Shown here in pieces: positions 27,163-36,885 of a DNA stretch of 64,000 nucleotides. Within the stretch, counting starts at the first letter, position 1. Every line of letters starts with the position of its first letter. Below the pieces are notes generated by a model. It did no database searches. It saw only the letters and a list, made by a program, of their open reading frames with translations, and was not told the origin of the DNA. The position numbers and the translations under genes were made by a program. Origin of the DNA: Planctomycetota bacterium (lineage in GTDB: Bacteria > Planctomycetota > PLA2 > JAEUHO01); assembly GCA_050248855.1 (NCBI GenBank), contig JBFWRP010000011.1, positions 77,259 through 141,258 on the forward strand, read 5' to 3'.

Positions 27163-28938
27163 ATGCGCCCCACCGACCTGCCCGAGCCCGGCGAGATCGT
27201 CGATGACTTCCTGCTCGTCGAGCGCCTCGGCCAGGGCGCGTTTGCGGACGTCTGGCTCGCGCGCCAAGTGAGCCTGCAGCGCATGGTGGCGCTCAAGATC
27301 AGCGCCGACGCGGGGCAAGAGCCGGCCACGTTGGCCCAGCTGGACCATCCCCACGTGGTGCGCGTCTTCGACCAGCGGGCGGTGCCCGGTCGTGACTGGC
27401 GTCTGCTGTACATGGAGGTCGTGCCCGGCGGCACCTTGGACGAGGTGATCGCACGCGTGCGCGCCCAGGCTCCCGGGGACCGCAGCGGGCGCCTCCTGCT
27501 CGAGGCGATCGACGAAGCCTTGGCGCAGCGCAGCGAGCCTCCGCCGGCCGACAGCCTCGTGCGTCGCGAGCTGTCCGGTCTCACCTGGCCGCAGACGGTC
27601 GCGCGCTTGGGGGCCGAGCTGGCCGAGGCGCTCCATCACGCCCATGGCGAGGGCGTGCTCCATCGCGACGTCAAGCCGGCCAACGTCCTCCTCGCGGCCA
27701 ACGGCGTGCCCAAGCTCGCCGACTTCAACATCGCCTATGCGCAGGCCGTGGACGACGCGCCTCCGGAGGAGACGCTGGGCGGAAGCGTCGCCTACATGGC
27801 GCCGGAGCAGCTTCGCGCGCTCAGCCCCTTCCACGACGACGAAGCCGCGCACATGGACGGGCGGGCCGATCTCTACGCGTTGGGGGTGCTCTTGGTGGAG
27901 CTGCTTGCCGGCGAGCTGCCCTGGCCCGAGCGCACGCCGCCGCGCGACGGCGACTGGCGGCCGTTCGTGGAGGAGCTGCTCGAGGATCGGCGCCAAGCGG
28001 CGCACCTCACGCTCCCGGCGGACACGCCGCCGTCGCTGGCCCGGGCCGTGGCCGCCGCCCTGGCCTACGAGCCCGAGGCGCGCCCCGCCGACGGCGCGAC
28101 GTTGGCCCGCCGCCTGCGCTTGGCCCTGCACCCGGAGGTCGAGCGTCGCGTCGAGCAGGCCGACCGCGGTTGGGCCGGCTTCGTGCGGCGGTGGCCCACG
28201 GCGAGCCTGCTGGCGGCGATCGCGCTTCCGAGCGTCGTGCTGGGCACGCTCAACGTCCTCTACAACCTGCGTGCGGTCATCGAGAAGGACCCCGCATGGG
28301 GCTCGTTCGAGCAACAGGTGGGTCTCGTGAATGCCGTTGCCTACGCGCTCGGCCTGGGGCTCTTGGCGTGGTTCGCACGTCCTTTCGCGCGCGCCGTGCG
28401 CGCCGACGCCGCGGGCGAGCCAGCGACCGCCACGGACGTCGCGAGGGCCCTCGACCTGCCGCGGCGCGCCGCGTGCGTCGTGCTCCCCCTCTGGATCCTG
28501 GGCGGGCTCGCGTTCCCCGTCTGGCGGACCCTCGAAGGCGGCGTCGTCGGGGGAGCGGCTTGGAGCCACTTCGTGGTCAGCAACGTCCTCTTCGGCGTGC
28601 TGGCGGCCACGGGGGCGTTCTTCAATGCCGCTGCGGTGATCGTCGTGGGCGCTCTCGCTCCCGTCCTGGCTCCCCCACGCCCCGCCCCCTGGCCGGAGGA
28701 CGCAGCGCAGCGCCTGGAGCGGCGCGCGCAGGTCTGCTTCGGTGCCAGCGTGGCGGTGCCGTTCGTGTCGGTCGTGGCCAACACGTTCATGCCCCACGAC
28801 GAGCAAGCCGTGTACCTGGTCCTGGGCCTGCTGGGCGTCGTCGCCTTCGGCCTTGCCTGGCTGCTGCACGACCTCGTGCGCCGGACGCTGGCGGCCCTGC
28901 GCCGAGCCACGGCCGCCGCTGGCAGCGCCAGCCTCTGA
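27163..28938 (+). CDS. Ser/Thr protein kinase with a C-terminal multi-TM domain
   Basis: LGQGAFADV, VALK, HRDVKPANVLL, ADFN, YMAPEQ, ADLYALG; about six hydrophobic segments at the C-terminus. Confidence 0.93.
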   Translation: MRPTDLPEPGEIVDDFLLVERLGQGAFADVWLARQVSLQRMVALKISADAGQEPATLAQLDHPHVVRVFDQRAVPGRDWRLLYMEVVPGGTLDEVIARVRAQAPGDRSGRLLLEAIDEALAQRSEPPPADSLVRRELSGLTWPQTVARLGAELAEALHHAHGEGVLHRDVKPANVLLAANGVPKLADFNIAYAQAVDDAPPEETLGGSVAYMAPEQLRALSPFHDDEAAHMDGRADLYALGVLLVELLAGELPWPERTPPRDGDWRPFVEELLEDRRQAAHLTLPADTPPSLARAVAAALAYEPEARPADGATLARRLRLALHPEVERRVEQADRGWAGFVRRWPTASLLAAIALPSVVLGTLNVLYNLRAVIEKDPAWGSFEQQVGLVNAVAYALGLGLLAWFARPFARAVRADAAGEPATATDVARALDLPRRAACVVLPLWILGGLAFPVWRTLEGGVVGGAAWSHFVVSNVLFGVLAATGAFFNAAAVIVVGALAPVLAPPRPAPWPEDAAQRLERRAQVCFGASVAVPFVSVVANTFMPHDEQAVYLVLGLLGVVAFGLAWLLHDLVRRTLAALRRATAAAGSASL

Positions 28939-28980
28939 ACGAACGCCAGGCGGAGAGCGACCACCCCGACGAGGAAGGGA

Positions 28981-29065
28981 TGGTGGCGGGAGACGGATTC
29001 GAACCGCCGAAGGCTAAGCCAGCAGATTTACAGTCTGCCCTCGTTGACCACTTGAGTATCCCGCC
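28981..29065 (-). tRNA. tRNA-Tyr (GTA)
   Basis: GGCGGGATACTCAAGTGGTCAACGAGGGCAGACTGTAAATCTGCTGGCTTAGCCTTCGGCGGTTCGAATCCGTCTCCCGCCACCA; long variable arm. Confidence 0.97.
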
Positions 29066-29229
29066 GTGTCGCCGATCAGGCCCGGAGGTCATACCGCCGC
29101 GCCCCCCGCGGGTCACGTTTTGGGACCCGCGGCCGCGGCCTTGGACGGGGGAGGAATGGACGGACGCGTGGCGTCGGCCCGACCCGACCCGCTCGACGCG
29201 ACGTCTGCGACTGCCCGTGAGCGCGAACG

Positions 29230-29301
29230 AGCCGGCGGTCGGGGTCGAACCGACGACCTGCGGTTTACAAAACCGCTGCTCTACCGCTGAGCTACGCCGG
29301 C
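29230..29301 (-). tRNA. tRNA-Thr (TGT), CCA not encoded
   Basis: GCCGGCGTAGCTCAGCGGTAGAGCAGCGGTTTTGTAAACCGCAGGTCGTCGGTTCGACCCCGACCGCCGGCT. Confidence 0.96.
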
Positions 29302-29311
29302 ATGCGCGAGG

Positions 29312-29340
29312 ACCGTAGGCAGGCGCCCTCGCGGCGTCAA
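29312..29340 (-). promoter_or_regulatory. sigma70-type promoter for tRNA-Thr(TGT)-Tyr
   Basis: Minus strand TTGACG-17 bp-TACGGT ending 10 nt before the tRNA; the -35 box overlaps the aroC stop codon. Confidence 0.6.
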
Positions 29341-30518
29341 GACGGGGTGCCCACTTCCGGCAAGCCGGGGGTGGAACCTGCCAGCAGCGCTTCGACGCGT
29401 GCACGATGTGCGGCGATGGCCGTGCGGACTTCGTCGAGGTGGGCACCGCCGAAGCGGCGGCGCACATGGCGGGCGATCTCGAGCGCGACGACGGCCTCGG
29501 CGACGATCGCGCAGCGGCTGACCGCGCACACGTCGCTGCGCTCCACGCGCGCGGGAGCTTGCGTGCCGTCGCGCAGGTCCACGCTGGGCAGGGCCTGGCG
29601 CAGCGTGGCCAGCGGCTTCATGGCCGCCCGCACGACGATCGGCTGGCCGTTGCTCGTGCCGCCTTCGATGCCGCCGGCGGCATTGCCCGCGCGGGCCGGC
29701 ACGCGTCCGTCCGGCGCCGGCATGATCGGGTCGTGCACGGCGCTGCCGCGCAGGGCCGCGGCACGGAAGCCGAGGCCGATGTCCATGCCGCGCACGGCAG
29801 GGATGCCCATCAGGGCCGCCGCCAGTCCGGCGGACAGCTTGCCCTCCGGACGCTCGTGTCCGCCGAGCCCGGCCGGCACGCCCGTCGCGACGACTTCGAC
29901 CACCCCGCCCAACGTGTCGCCGTCTCGCCCCGCGGCGTCGATCGCCGCGCGCGCTTCGTCCTGGGCGGTGGCGGGACCCAGCGCGTGCAGGTCGGAAGCG
30001 TCGCGCGTCGCGCGTGCGGCCTCGAGGTCCAGGCCCGGCTCTGCCGCGACGTCCACCCCGCCGACGGCCACCACGTGGCCGACCACGTGGACACCCAGCG
30101 CCTCCAGGAAGGCCGCGGCCAACGCGCCGGCGGCAACGCGTACCGCGGTCTCGCGTGCGCTCGCGCGCTCGATCACGTCGCGCACGTCGACGAGCCCGCG
30201 GTTCAGCGCGCCCGCCAAGTCCGCGTGCCCCGGGCGCGGTGCGTGGACGGGCGGCAGGTGGGCGTAGCGCGTGTCGCGATTGGCGATCGAAAGCGCGATG
30301 GGGTTGCCGGTGGTCAGGCCGTCGCGCACGCCGGCGAGCAGTTCGACCGTGTCGCGCTCGGTACGCTGACGGGCGCTGTTCCCGCGCCCCCGCTGCCGCG
30401 CCGCCAAGCGCCCGTCGATGTAGGCGGTATCCGCGGGTGAGCCGGCCGGCAGGCCAGCGAGGATCGCCACGAGGCTCTGGCCGTGGCTCTCGCCAGCCGT
30501 CTCCAGGAGCAGCTCCAT
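29337..30518 (-). CDS. aroC: Chorismate synthase
   Basis: TAGESHG, PRPGHADLAG, ERASARETAVRVAAG, NAAGGIEGG, RAAMKPLATL, ERSDVC. Confidence 0.97.
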   Translation of the reverse strand: MELLLETAGESHGQSLVAILAGLPAGSPADTAYIDGRLAARQRGRGNSARQRTERDTVELLAGVRDGLTTGNPIALSIANRDTRYAHLPPVHAPRPGHADLAGALNRGLVDVRDVIERASARETAVRVAAGALAAAFLEALGVHVVGHVVAVGGVDVAAEPGLDLEAARATRDASDLHALGPATAQDEARAAIDAAGRDGDTLGGVVEVVATGVPAGLGGHERPEGKLSAGLAAALMGIPAVRGMDIGLGFRAAALRGSAVHDPIMPAPDGRVPARAGNAAGGIEGGTSNGQPIVVRAAMKPLATLRQALPSVDLRDGTQAPARVERSDVCAVSRCAIVAEAVVALEIARHVRRRFGGAHLDEVRTAIAAHRARVEALLAGSTPGLPEVGTPS

Positions 30519-30570
30519 CGGCGGCACTGTACGATGCTGCCGCCCCTCCGACCCGGAGAGGATCGTCCCC

Positions 30571-31443
30571 ATGTCCAACCCCGCCCCTGGCTCTGCACCT
30601 CGCCCCCGCTCGTCGCGTGGGGAGGGAGGTCTTGGCGCCCGGCTCGAAGCCACGCTCAAGGAGCGCGCCCCCCAGCCCAAAGGCAAGGGTGTCGTGATGC
30701 TCGTCCTGGCGTTGGCCGTCGTCGTCGCCGTCATCGTCGACATGCGCCGACGTGAAGGCCAGCGCGAGGAGATCGCCGAGGAACGCGCCGCCCAGGACGC
30801 CGCTGCGGGCGGCAAGAACCCAGCCGAGGGGACGCCGGCGGCGGGCACCCCCACCGGCACGCCTCCGGCCACGCCTCCTGCCGAGACCGTGCCTCTGGAT
30901 GCGGGCTTGGCGAAGCTGCCGCCGCCGCCCGACGAGCTGCCCGACTCCATGGAGTGGGTCCTGAAGCTCATGGCGTTCCTGCGGACGCCCGACACCGCCC
31001 GACAAGCCGCGCTCGTCACCGCCTTGGAGACCGCGCCCCCGGAGACGCGCCAGGTTGCGCGGGTCTACCTCGCGGAGCGGATCGAGGCGAGCCTGCGCGA
31101 AGGACGCGAGCGCACCGGGGCCTACATGGCCTTCCTCGCCCGCTTGGCGGACGAACCCGGCGCCGCGCCGCTTCCCGATCGCCTGCGCGAGCGCATGGCC
31201 GCGCACGCCGGACTCCTGCTCGACAGCCCGGATGCCGCCGAGGGTGCCATCCTCCTGCTCGGCTCGTTGCCGGAGAGCGAGCGCGCCGCGCGGAGCCTGC
31301 TCCGCGTGCTCGCCGACGACACGCGCCCGCTGGCGGTCCGCGTGCTCGCTGCCGTGGCGTTGCCGCGACCACTGCCCCCGGAGGCGCGCGCCCTGGCCGA
31401 GGACACCTCCACACCCGCGTGGCTGGTCAACGCACTCCGCTGA
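30571..31443 (+). CDS. Membrane-anchored hypothetical protein, helical (HEAT-like) C-terminus
   Basis: One TM segment (VVMLVLALAVVVAVIV), a Pro/Thr linker and an Ala/Leu-rich helical region; divergent from aroC. Confidence 0.6.
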   Translation: MSNPAPGSAPRPRSSRGEGGLGARLEATLKERAPQPKGKGVVMLVLALAVVVAVIVDMRRREGQREEIAEERAAQDAAAGGKNPAEGTPAAGTPTGTPPATPPAETVPLDAGLAKLPPPPDELPDSMEWVLKLMAFLRTPDTARQAALVTALETAPPETRQVARVYLAERIEASLREGRERTGAYMAFLARLADEPGAAPLPDRLRERMAAHAGLLLDSPDAAEGAILLLGSLPESERAARSLLRVLADDTRPLAVRVLAAVALPRPLPPEARALAEDTSTPAWLVNALR

Positions 31444-31647
31444 GAGGCTGGGCAGGAAGAGGCTGGGCAGGAAGGCAGGCCCAGCCTCCCAGGTGCCTGA
31501 TGGCGCGGCCTGCCAAGGCAGGCCGACGCGTGACCACCCGTCGTCGCCGATGCTGGCGCGCCACGGTCGCCCTGGCGACCGGATCCGTGGCGGCTGCGAG
31601 CGAGGCCGAGAGGCGCGGACCACGGGTTTCCCGCACCGATCACGCCC

Positions 31648-32925
31648 CTACTTCACGTACTTGAACTCGCCGCCGCCGGCCTTGGCCAAGTGCAGCATGA
31701 GGGGGTCCGGTTCGCCGCCCACGACGATGGCGTGCACGACGGTGCGCTGGAGGTCCAGTCGACCGAGCTTGTCCTCGACGATCTCGAACGGCGTGTTGTC
31801 GACGTTGTTGCGGCCGTCGCTGACCACGACCAAGGTGACGGGCATGCGGAAGGGCTCGCCAGCCGCTTCCTTCTCGGCCACGCGTTGGCGGACCAGGGCC
31901 AAACCGGCGTGCAGCGGCGTGAAGACGTCCGTCTTGCGGCCCGCCGCCACGCCTCGCAGGAAGTAGGCGATCTCCCCCTTGATCTCCGGCGTGGCCAAGA
32001 CGAGCTCGGGCTTGAACAGCTTCATCTCCTCGGCGAAGAACAACACCGCCACGTGGACGTCGCTGCCCAGACGCTCGATGGCCTGCACGAGCTCCGTGCG
32101 CACGCGCTGCAGGCCGGCGGGGCCCACCGAGCCGGACACGTCGATGACGAACACGACGTCCTTCGCGGCCAAGCGCAAGCCGAAGAAGGACGGCACGAGA
32201 CCGCGCGTGACGTGCGGAGCCGGTCGCTCGGCGGGCGGTTCGCCGTCGCCCTCCACGGTGTTGTGCGCCCCGCTGCGCACGCGCGCGGCTTCGGCCTTCT
32301 CCCAGCGTGCGTACCAGCGTCCCCACAGGGCCGCGTCGTAGCCAAGGGCTTGGCCGCTGATCGCTTCGAGCGCCTCGGCGGCGGCCGTGGCCACGCGCAC
32401 CTGCGCATCGCCGAGCCGCTCGATCAGGAGCGGCATCGCGTCGTGCCGACGCCTGTCCCCGAGCAGCAACAGGAGGCGCGCGCGGAACGTGGGATCCTCG
32501 TCCTCCTCCAGCAGGCGCGCCACGACCTCGAGCAGGGCCTGCCGACCGCCCAGCACCTCGAGGTAGGCCGCCTCCCGGATCACGGGATCGCGGTCGCCGA
32601 GGGCGGCCAGGATCACGGGCACCCACGAGGCGGTGGAGCCGAGGCGCGCGAGGGAGCGCACCATGAGCTGGCGCGTCTCCAGGTCCGGCTCGTCATCGAA
32701 CGCCTTGCGCAGCAAGACGGTGGCGCGTCGCTTCTGGGCCTCGTCCAGGTGCGCGCGCATGTAGCCCACCTCGCCCACGGCCCGGCGGCGCTCCATGAGG
32801 TCTTCGGCCTTCAGCCCCCGCTTGAGCTCGGCCAACAGCTCGTCACCGAGGTCGGAGGCGCGCGCCGCCTGCGGGCCGAGGAGGACGCCGAGCAGCAGCG
32901 CCAGCCCCAGGGGGGCCGCGAGCAT
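31648..32925 (-). CDS. Secreted HEAT-repeat plus von Willebrand factor A domain protein
   Basis: Signal peptide, HEAT-like repeats, FFGL...VVFVIDVSGSV (MIDAS DxSxS), VVVSDG, MLHLAKAGGGEF. Confidence 0.85.
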   Translation of the reverse strand: MLAAPLGLALLLGVLLGPQAARASDLGDELLAELKRGLKAEDLMERRRAVGEVGYMRAHLDEAQKRRATVLLRKAFDDEPDLETRQLMVRSLARLGSTASWVPVILAALGDRDPVIREAAYLEVLGGRQALLEVVARLLEEDEDPTFRARLLLLLGDRRRHDAMPLLIERLGDAQVRVATAAAEALEAISGQALGYDAALWGRWYARWEKAEAARVRSGAHNTVEGDGEPPAERPAPHVTRGLVPSFFGLRLAAKDVVFVIDVSGSVGPAGLQRVRTELVQAIERLGSDVHVAVLFFAEEMKLFKPELVLATPEIKGEIAYFLRGVAAGRKTDVFTPLHAGLALVRQRVAEKEAAGEPFRMPVTLVVVSDGRNNVDNTPFEIVEDKLGRLDLQRTVVHAIVVGGEPDPLMLHLAKAGGGEFKYVK

Positions 32926-33063
32926 TGGACGAAGGCCACGGTGCGGGACGGACGCAGGCACGACCCCATTGTGAACGACCTGCGGCGGCCGCCGACGCAT
33001 GGATTCACCGCCAGGGGTCCCGGGTGCCTCTACCCGTGCGCGGCACCCGAGGCCGCGCCCGGG

Positions 33064-34539
33064 TCACCGGGGCTCTTGCTGCACGAGGCGGCCGGCGGCC
33101 GCCCTGAGCTGCGTCTTCAGCTGGTTGGAGACGGAGGCGTCCTCCTGCCAGGTGCGGACCCAGGCCAGGGCCTTGGAGCCACCGATCCCGGCAAGGGCGC
33201 GCACGATGGCAAAGCGCTGGGCCTCGTCGGCACGTGCGTAGAGGCCGGCGATGACATCGACCTTGGGCTCGGCCCTGCGGCCGATTCGCCCCAGCGCGTC
33301 GATGGCCGCGTTGGCCACGCGCGGCGAGCCACGCTCGGCGTGCTGCGCGATGGTGTCCAGCGACTCGACGGCACCGAGCTCGCCGAGCGTGCGCAGCGTC
33401 GTGACGCGCGTGTTCTCGGGATCCTCGGTGAGGCCGGCACGGTCCAGGAGGTCGCGAACCCGTTCACGCTCCTTGACGGTGGCCACCTCGCGCGGCAAGT
33501 GCGCCAGCGCATCCAGGGCCATCTGGCCCGTCACGCCGCCCGACGTCGCGTGCGCGAGCAGCCGATCGACCGCATCCTCCCCGCCCGCTCGCGCCAGGGC
33601 CTTCAACACCTCGAGGCGCACGGCGTCGGGCTGTCCGTCGCGATCGAGCTCGAGCAGCGACGGCACGAGCGCCAACGAGCCGTCACGCACCAGCGAGGCC
33701 AGGAGCCGCTTGGTGACCTCGGGCGAGCTCGCCGCGGCCAGGGCCTCCTTGGCCAGCTCGATCGACTCGGGCGTGTTGGCCACGGCGTAGCGGCGCAGGA
33801 TGCTCGGCTGGAAGTCGCCTTCGTCGCCGAGGCGCTCGATGTAGCGGACGAGCGCCCGGGTGGCCTCCGTGCCGCCGCGCTGCGCCATCACCTGCAGCAG
33901 GTACACGTCGGAGCGCCAGTCCCCCGCCAGCCGGGGCTCGAGGGCGAGCACGATGGTGTCGGGATCGCCGCCGCGGAACGTCGCCAACGCCTGGATCGTG
34001 GCATAGCGCAGGTCGGGCGGCGTGGCGGCATCGTCGAGGAACGCGAGGAAGCTGTCGACGGCGCCAGGATCACCCAGCATCTGCAGGGCCTCGCCGATGG
34101 CATGGCGCCGCGGCCCGGTCCGGAACCACTCGAAGAGACGCGCCTTCGCCGCGGGGTCCAACGGCTCGTTCCCCATGGCTGCCAGGACCTGCCTCACCTC
34201 GGCCCAGTCCGGCTCGCCCATGGCCAGGAGGAACGCGAGGTGCTGGCGCCGCTGGGCCGGGTCGGAGAGATCCAGTCCCGACGGCGTGCGCAGGCCCGAG
34301 GGCAGCCCGGGAGGCAGGTAGAGCGGGTTGCCGGACCCGCGCCCGCCTGGACCCGGGGCACGCCCCTCGAGCGTCCCCCCGAGGCTCTCTCCCGGGCCGT
34401 CGCCTTCCCCGCTCGTTCCCGCTACCGGCTCGAGCACGACGTCCCGGGGCGTGGTGCCCCCCCCGCCGAGGAACCGCGAGAGCAGGACGCCAGCCCCGAG
34501 GGCCAGGACGCAGAGGAGGAGGAAGGCGGGACGGGACAT
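33064..34539 (-). CDS. Membrane-anchored HEAT-repeat protein
   Basis: MSRPAFLLLCVLALGAGVLL anchor, then repeats such as VRLEVLKALARAGG, VANAAIDALGRIG, IVRALAGIGG. The upstream part of the ORF-track entry overlaps other genes. Confidence 0.75.
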   Translation of the reverse strand: MSRPAFLLLCVLALGAGVLLSRFLGGGGTTPRDVVLEPVAGTSGEGDGPGESLGGTLEGRAPGPGGRGSGNPLYLPPGLPSGLRTPSGLDLSDPAQRRQHLAFLLAMGEPDWAEVRQVLAAMGNEPLDPAAKARLFEWFRTGPRRHAIGEALQMLGDPGAVDSFLAFLDDAATPPDLRYATIQALATFRGGDPDTIVLALEPRLAGDWRSDVYLLQVMAQRGGTEATRALVRYIERLGDEGDFQPSILRRYAVANTPESIELAKEALAAASSPEVTKRLLASLVRDGSLALVPSLLELDRDGQPDAVRLEVLKALARAGGEDAVDRLLAHATSGGVTGQMALDALAHLPREVATVKERERVRDLLDRAGLTEDPENTRVTTLRTLGELGAVESLDTIAQHAERGSPRVANAAIDALGRIGRRAEPKVDVIAGLYARADEAQRFAIVRALAGIGGSKALAWVRTWQEDASVSNQLKTQLRAAAGRLVQQEPR

Positions 34540-34619
34540 CGGCGGATCCGGGCGGGGCGGGGGGCGCCTTGGACGACGGCCACGCCGTCGCCCCTGCCCC
34601 CCCGGGGCCAGCACCCCTT

Positions 34620-35378
34620 CTATCGACCGGATGAGCCCGCCGCCACGCGGGCCCCTCGCGCCTCGGCCGCCGCGGCCACGAGGCCGCCGAACAGGCCCCG
34701 GGTGAGCGGGTCCGCCAGCGTGCGCTCGGGGTGCCACTGGACGCCGATGCAGAAGGGCAGCCCCGGGTGCTCCACGGCCTCGATCACGCCGTCGGGCGAG
34801 CGCCCGCTCACCACGAAGCCCTCGGCCACCCGCGCGAGCGCCTGGTGATGGTACGAGTTGACCCGCACGCGGCGCGCGCCGCACAGCTTGCCGAGCCACG
34901 TGTTGGCCGAGACGTCCACGCTGTGGGCCAAGGCGTCTTGCTGGAGCGAGTCCTGGTCGTGGCGCAGCGCCCGGTCGACCTGCGCGGGGATGTCCTGGAT
35001 CAGGCTGCCGCCCATGGCCACGTTGAGCACCTGCACGCCCCGGCAGATCGCCAGCAGGGGCATCTGGCGCGCCACCACGGCCCGCGCGAGGACGAGCTCG
35101 AACGCATCGCGTCCCACGTCGACCTGGCCCAGCTTGGGATGCGGTTCCTCGTCGTAGTGCACGGGGTCCACGTCCAAGCCGCCCGAGAGCACGACGCCAT
35201 CGACGTGGTCCAGGTACGACTCGACGGTGTCGGGCTCGACGTTGGGAAACATCAAGGGGAGGCCGCCCGCCGCGAGGATCGCGTCCACGTAGCCGTGCAC
35301 GATGGCGAAGCGCGGTACGCCCCGCATGCCGGGCAGGACCAACGTGGAGCAGCTGACACCGATCACGGGTCGGGACAC
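34620..35378 (-). CDS. Gamma-glutamyl-gamma-aminobutyrate hydrolase family (peptidase C26, class I glutamine amidotransferase)
   Basis: LSGGLDVDP, LAICRGVQVLNVAMGGSL, VNSYHHQA, GVQWHPE; GTG start after GGAGG. Confidence 0.93.
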   Translation of the reverse strand: MSRPVIGVSCSTLVLPGMRGVPRFAIVHGYVDAILAAGGLPLMFPNVEPDTVESYLDHVDGVVLSGGLDVDPVHYDEEPHPKLGQVDVGRDAFELVLARAVVARQMPLLAICRGVQVLNVAMGGSLIQDIPAQVDRALRHDQDSLQQDALAHSVDVSANTWLGKLCGARRVRVNSYHHQALARVAEGFVVSGRSPDGVIEAVEHPGLPFCIGVQWHPERTLADPLTRGLFGGLVAAAAEARGARVAAGSSGR

Positions 35379-35539
35379 GTCGCGGTACCTCCAGGGCCCG
35401 AGGCCCGCAGGAGCGGCCTCCGGCAGACCATCGGGTGCATCGTACGCCTGCCCACGCCGTGGCCCGAGAAAGCGGGCCGCGGCGAGCGTGCGGACCCCGA
35501 TCCGCGAGACTCGATCCCAGCCGGTTCCTGCGATCATGC

Positions 35540-36577
35540 GTGGCCGTGACCATCGTCGCCGCCCGCTGCCCGACGCGCATCGACCTCGCCGGAGGCACGC
35601 TCGACATCTGGCCGATCCACCTCTTGCTGGAGGAGCCGGCGGTCACCGTCAACGTCGCGCTCGACTTGCCGGTCGAGGTCGAGGTGGAGCTCCGTCCGGG
35701 GACGTCGCGCGTCGTGCTCGCCAGCGGCGACCAGGGCGTACGCGCGGAGTACGCCGATCGTGCGGCCTTGCGCGCCGAGCTCGCCGGGAGCAACGCCCGC
35801 CTTCCGCTGCTCGGCATGGCGCTGGAGGCCAGCCAGGTCGAGGGCGGCGCGCGCATCGAGGTGCGGGCGACCAGTCCGAAGGGTGCCGGGCTCGGCGGGT
35901 CGTCGGCGCTCATGGTCGCGCTGCTGGGCGCCTTGGCCCACGCGGCGGGTCAAGACCATCGCGCGCGCGGCCTGCTCCAGCTGGCCCAGGACGTGGAGAC
36001 GCGACTGCTGCGCACGCCCACCGGCTACCAGGACTACGCGCCGCCGTTCTACGGCGGGTGCCTCGCGCTGGAGGGTCGCCCGGGCGGTGTCGTCGTGGAG
36101 CACGTGCACGACGTCGACCTGGAGGTGCTCGGAAGCCGCCTGCGGCTGGTCTACACCGGCGAGCCCCACCACTCCGGCATCACGAACTGGGGCGTCGTGC
36201 GCGCCTTCCTGGAGGGGCGCGAGCACGCCGTCCGCTCGCTCCAGGCGATCGCGGCCAACTCGCGGGTCCTGCGCGAGGCCCTGCGCCGCCGGGACCTGGA
36301 CGCCGCGCTCGTGGCGGCCGTCGAGGATGGCCAGCTGCGCAAGAAGATGGCGCCGCGCATTTCGACACCGACGCTGCGCGCGATCGACATGGCCGCCCGG
36401 CGCGCCGGCGCCCTGGGCTCGAAGATCCTGGGCGCGGGAGGCGGCGGCTGCCTGCTGGTCGTGCTGGGGCCCTCCACGGACCCGGCCCGGGTCGATGCGG
36501 CCCTGGCCTCGGGGCCAGGGCGGGTCCTGCCGCTCGCGCTGACCTCCGAGGGCCTCACGCTGGAGCGCCGGGCGTAG
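35540..36577 (+). CDS. GHMP family sugar kinase, HddA (heptose-7-phosphate kinase)-like
   Basis: PTRIDLAGGTLDIWP, PKGAGLGGSS, PTGYQDY, KILGAGGGGCL. Confidence 0.85.
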   Translation: MAVTIVAARCPTRIDLAGGTLDIWPIHLLLEEPAVTVNVALDLPVEVEVELRPGTSRVVLASGDQGVRAEYADRAALRAELAGSNARLPLLGMALEASQVEGGARIEVRATSPKGAGLGGSSALMVALLGALAHAAGQDHRARGLLQLAQDVETRLLRTPTGYQDYAPPFYGGCLALEGRPGGVVVEHVHDVDLEVLGSRLRLVYTGEPHHSGITNWGVVRAFLEGREHAVRSLQAIAANSRVLREALRRRDLDAALVAAVEDGQLRKKMAPRISTPTLRAIDMAARRAGALGSKILGAGGGGCLLVVLGPSTDPARVDAALASGPGRVLPLALTSEGLTLERRA

Positions 36578-36629
36578 CGGGGCGCGGCGGACGTTCGCGG
36601 ACCTCGGCTCGCGGCGTATCTTCGCGGCC

Positions 36630-36869
36630 ATGCCCAAGCCGCTGACGCCCCTCGAATCGGCGACCCTGGCCACCATCGCCGCCACGCAGTCGGAGTCCGA
36701 CGGCTGGCTGGACCTGACGCGCGTCTGCAGCCGCACCGGCCGCCACCTCGTGGACGTACGGCAGGCGGTTGCGCGCCTCGTGCGCTACGGGCTCGTCGCC
36801 ATCGACGAGGAGGCCCCGCGCACCGAGCGCTGGGTGCGCTTCCACCTGCCCGAGAGCACCCCCGGGTAG
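36630..36869 (+). CDS. Small hypothetical protein, possible winged helix
   Basis: 79 aa filling the intergenic gap; pattern LTRVCSRTGRHLVDVRQAVARLVRYGLV resembles a wHTH. Confidence 0.5.
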   Translation: MPKPLTPLESATLATIAATQSESDGWLDLTRVCSRTGRHLVDVRQAVARLVRYGLVAIDEEAPRTERWVRFHLPESTPG

Positions 36870-36885
36870 GGGCCCCGCCGCCCGT

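Noticed and set aside
17004..28980. Active genomic island or prophage at tRNA-Tyr
   Set aside because: No integrase, no phage genes, no duplicated tRNA end found, no visible composition shift, and it contains the housekeeping gene pyrE.
31443..31474. 15-bp tandem duplication AGAGGCTGGGCAGGA x2
   Set aside because: A simple two-copy slippage duplication between convergent genes with no further structure.
33064..35913. 949-aa ORF
   Set aside because: Only 33064-34539 looks like protein; the rest overlaps the C26 hydrolase and the GHMP kinase in other frames.
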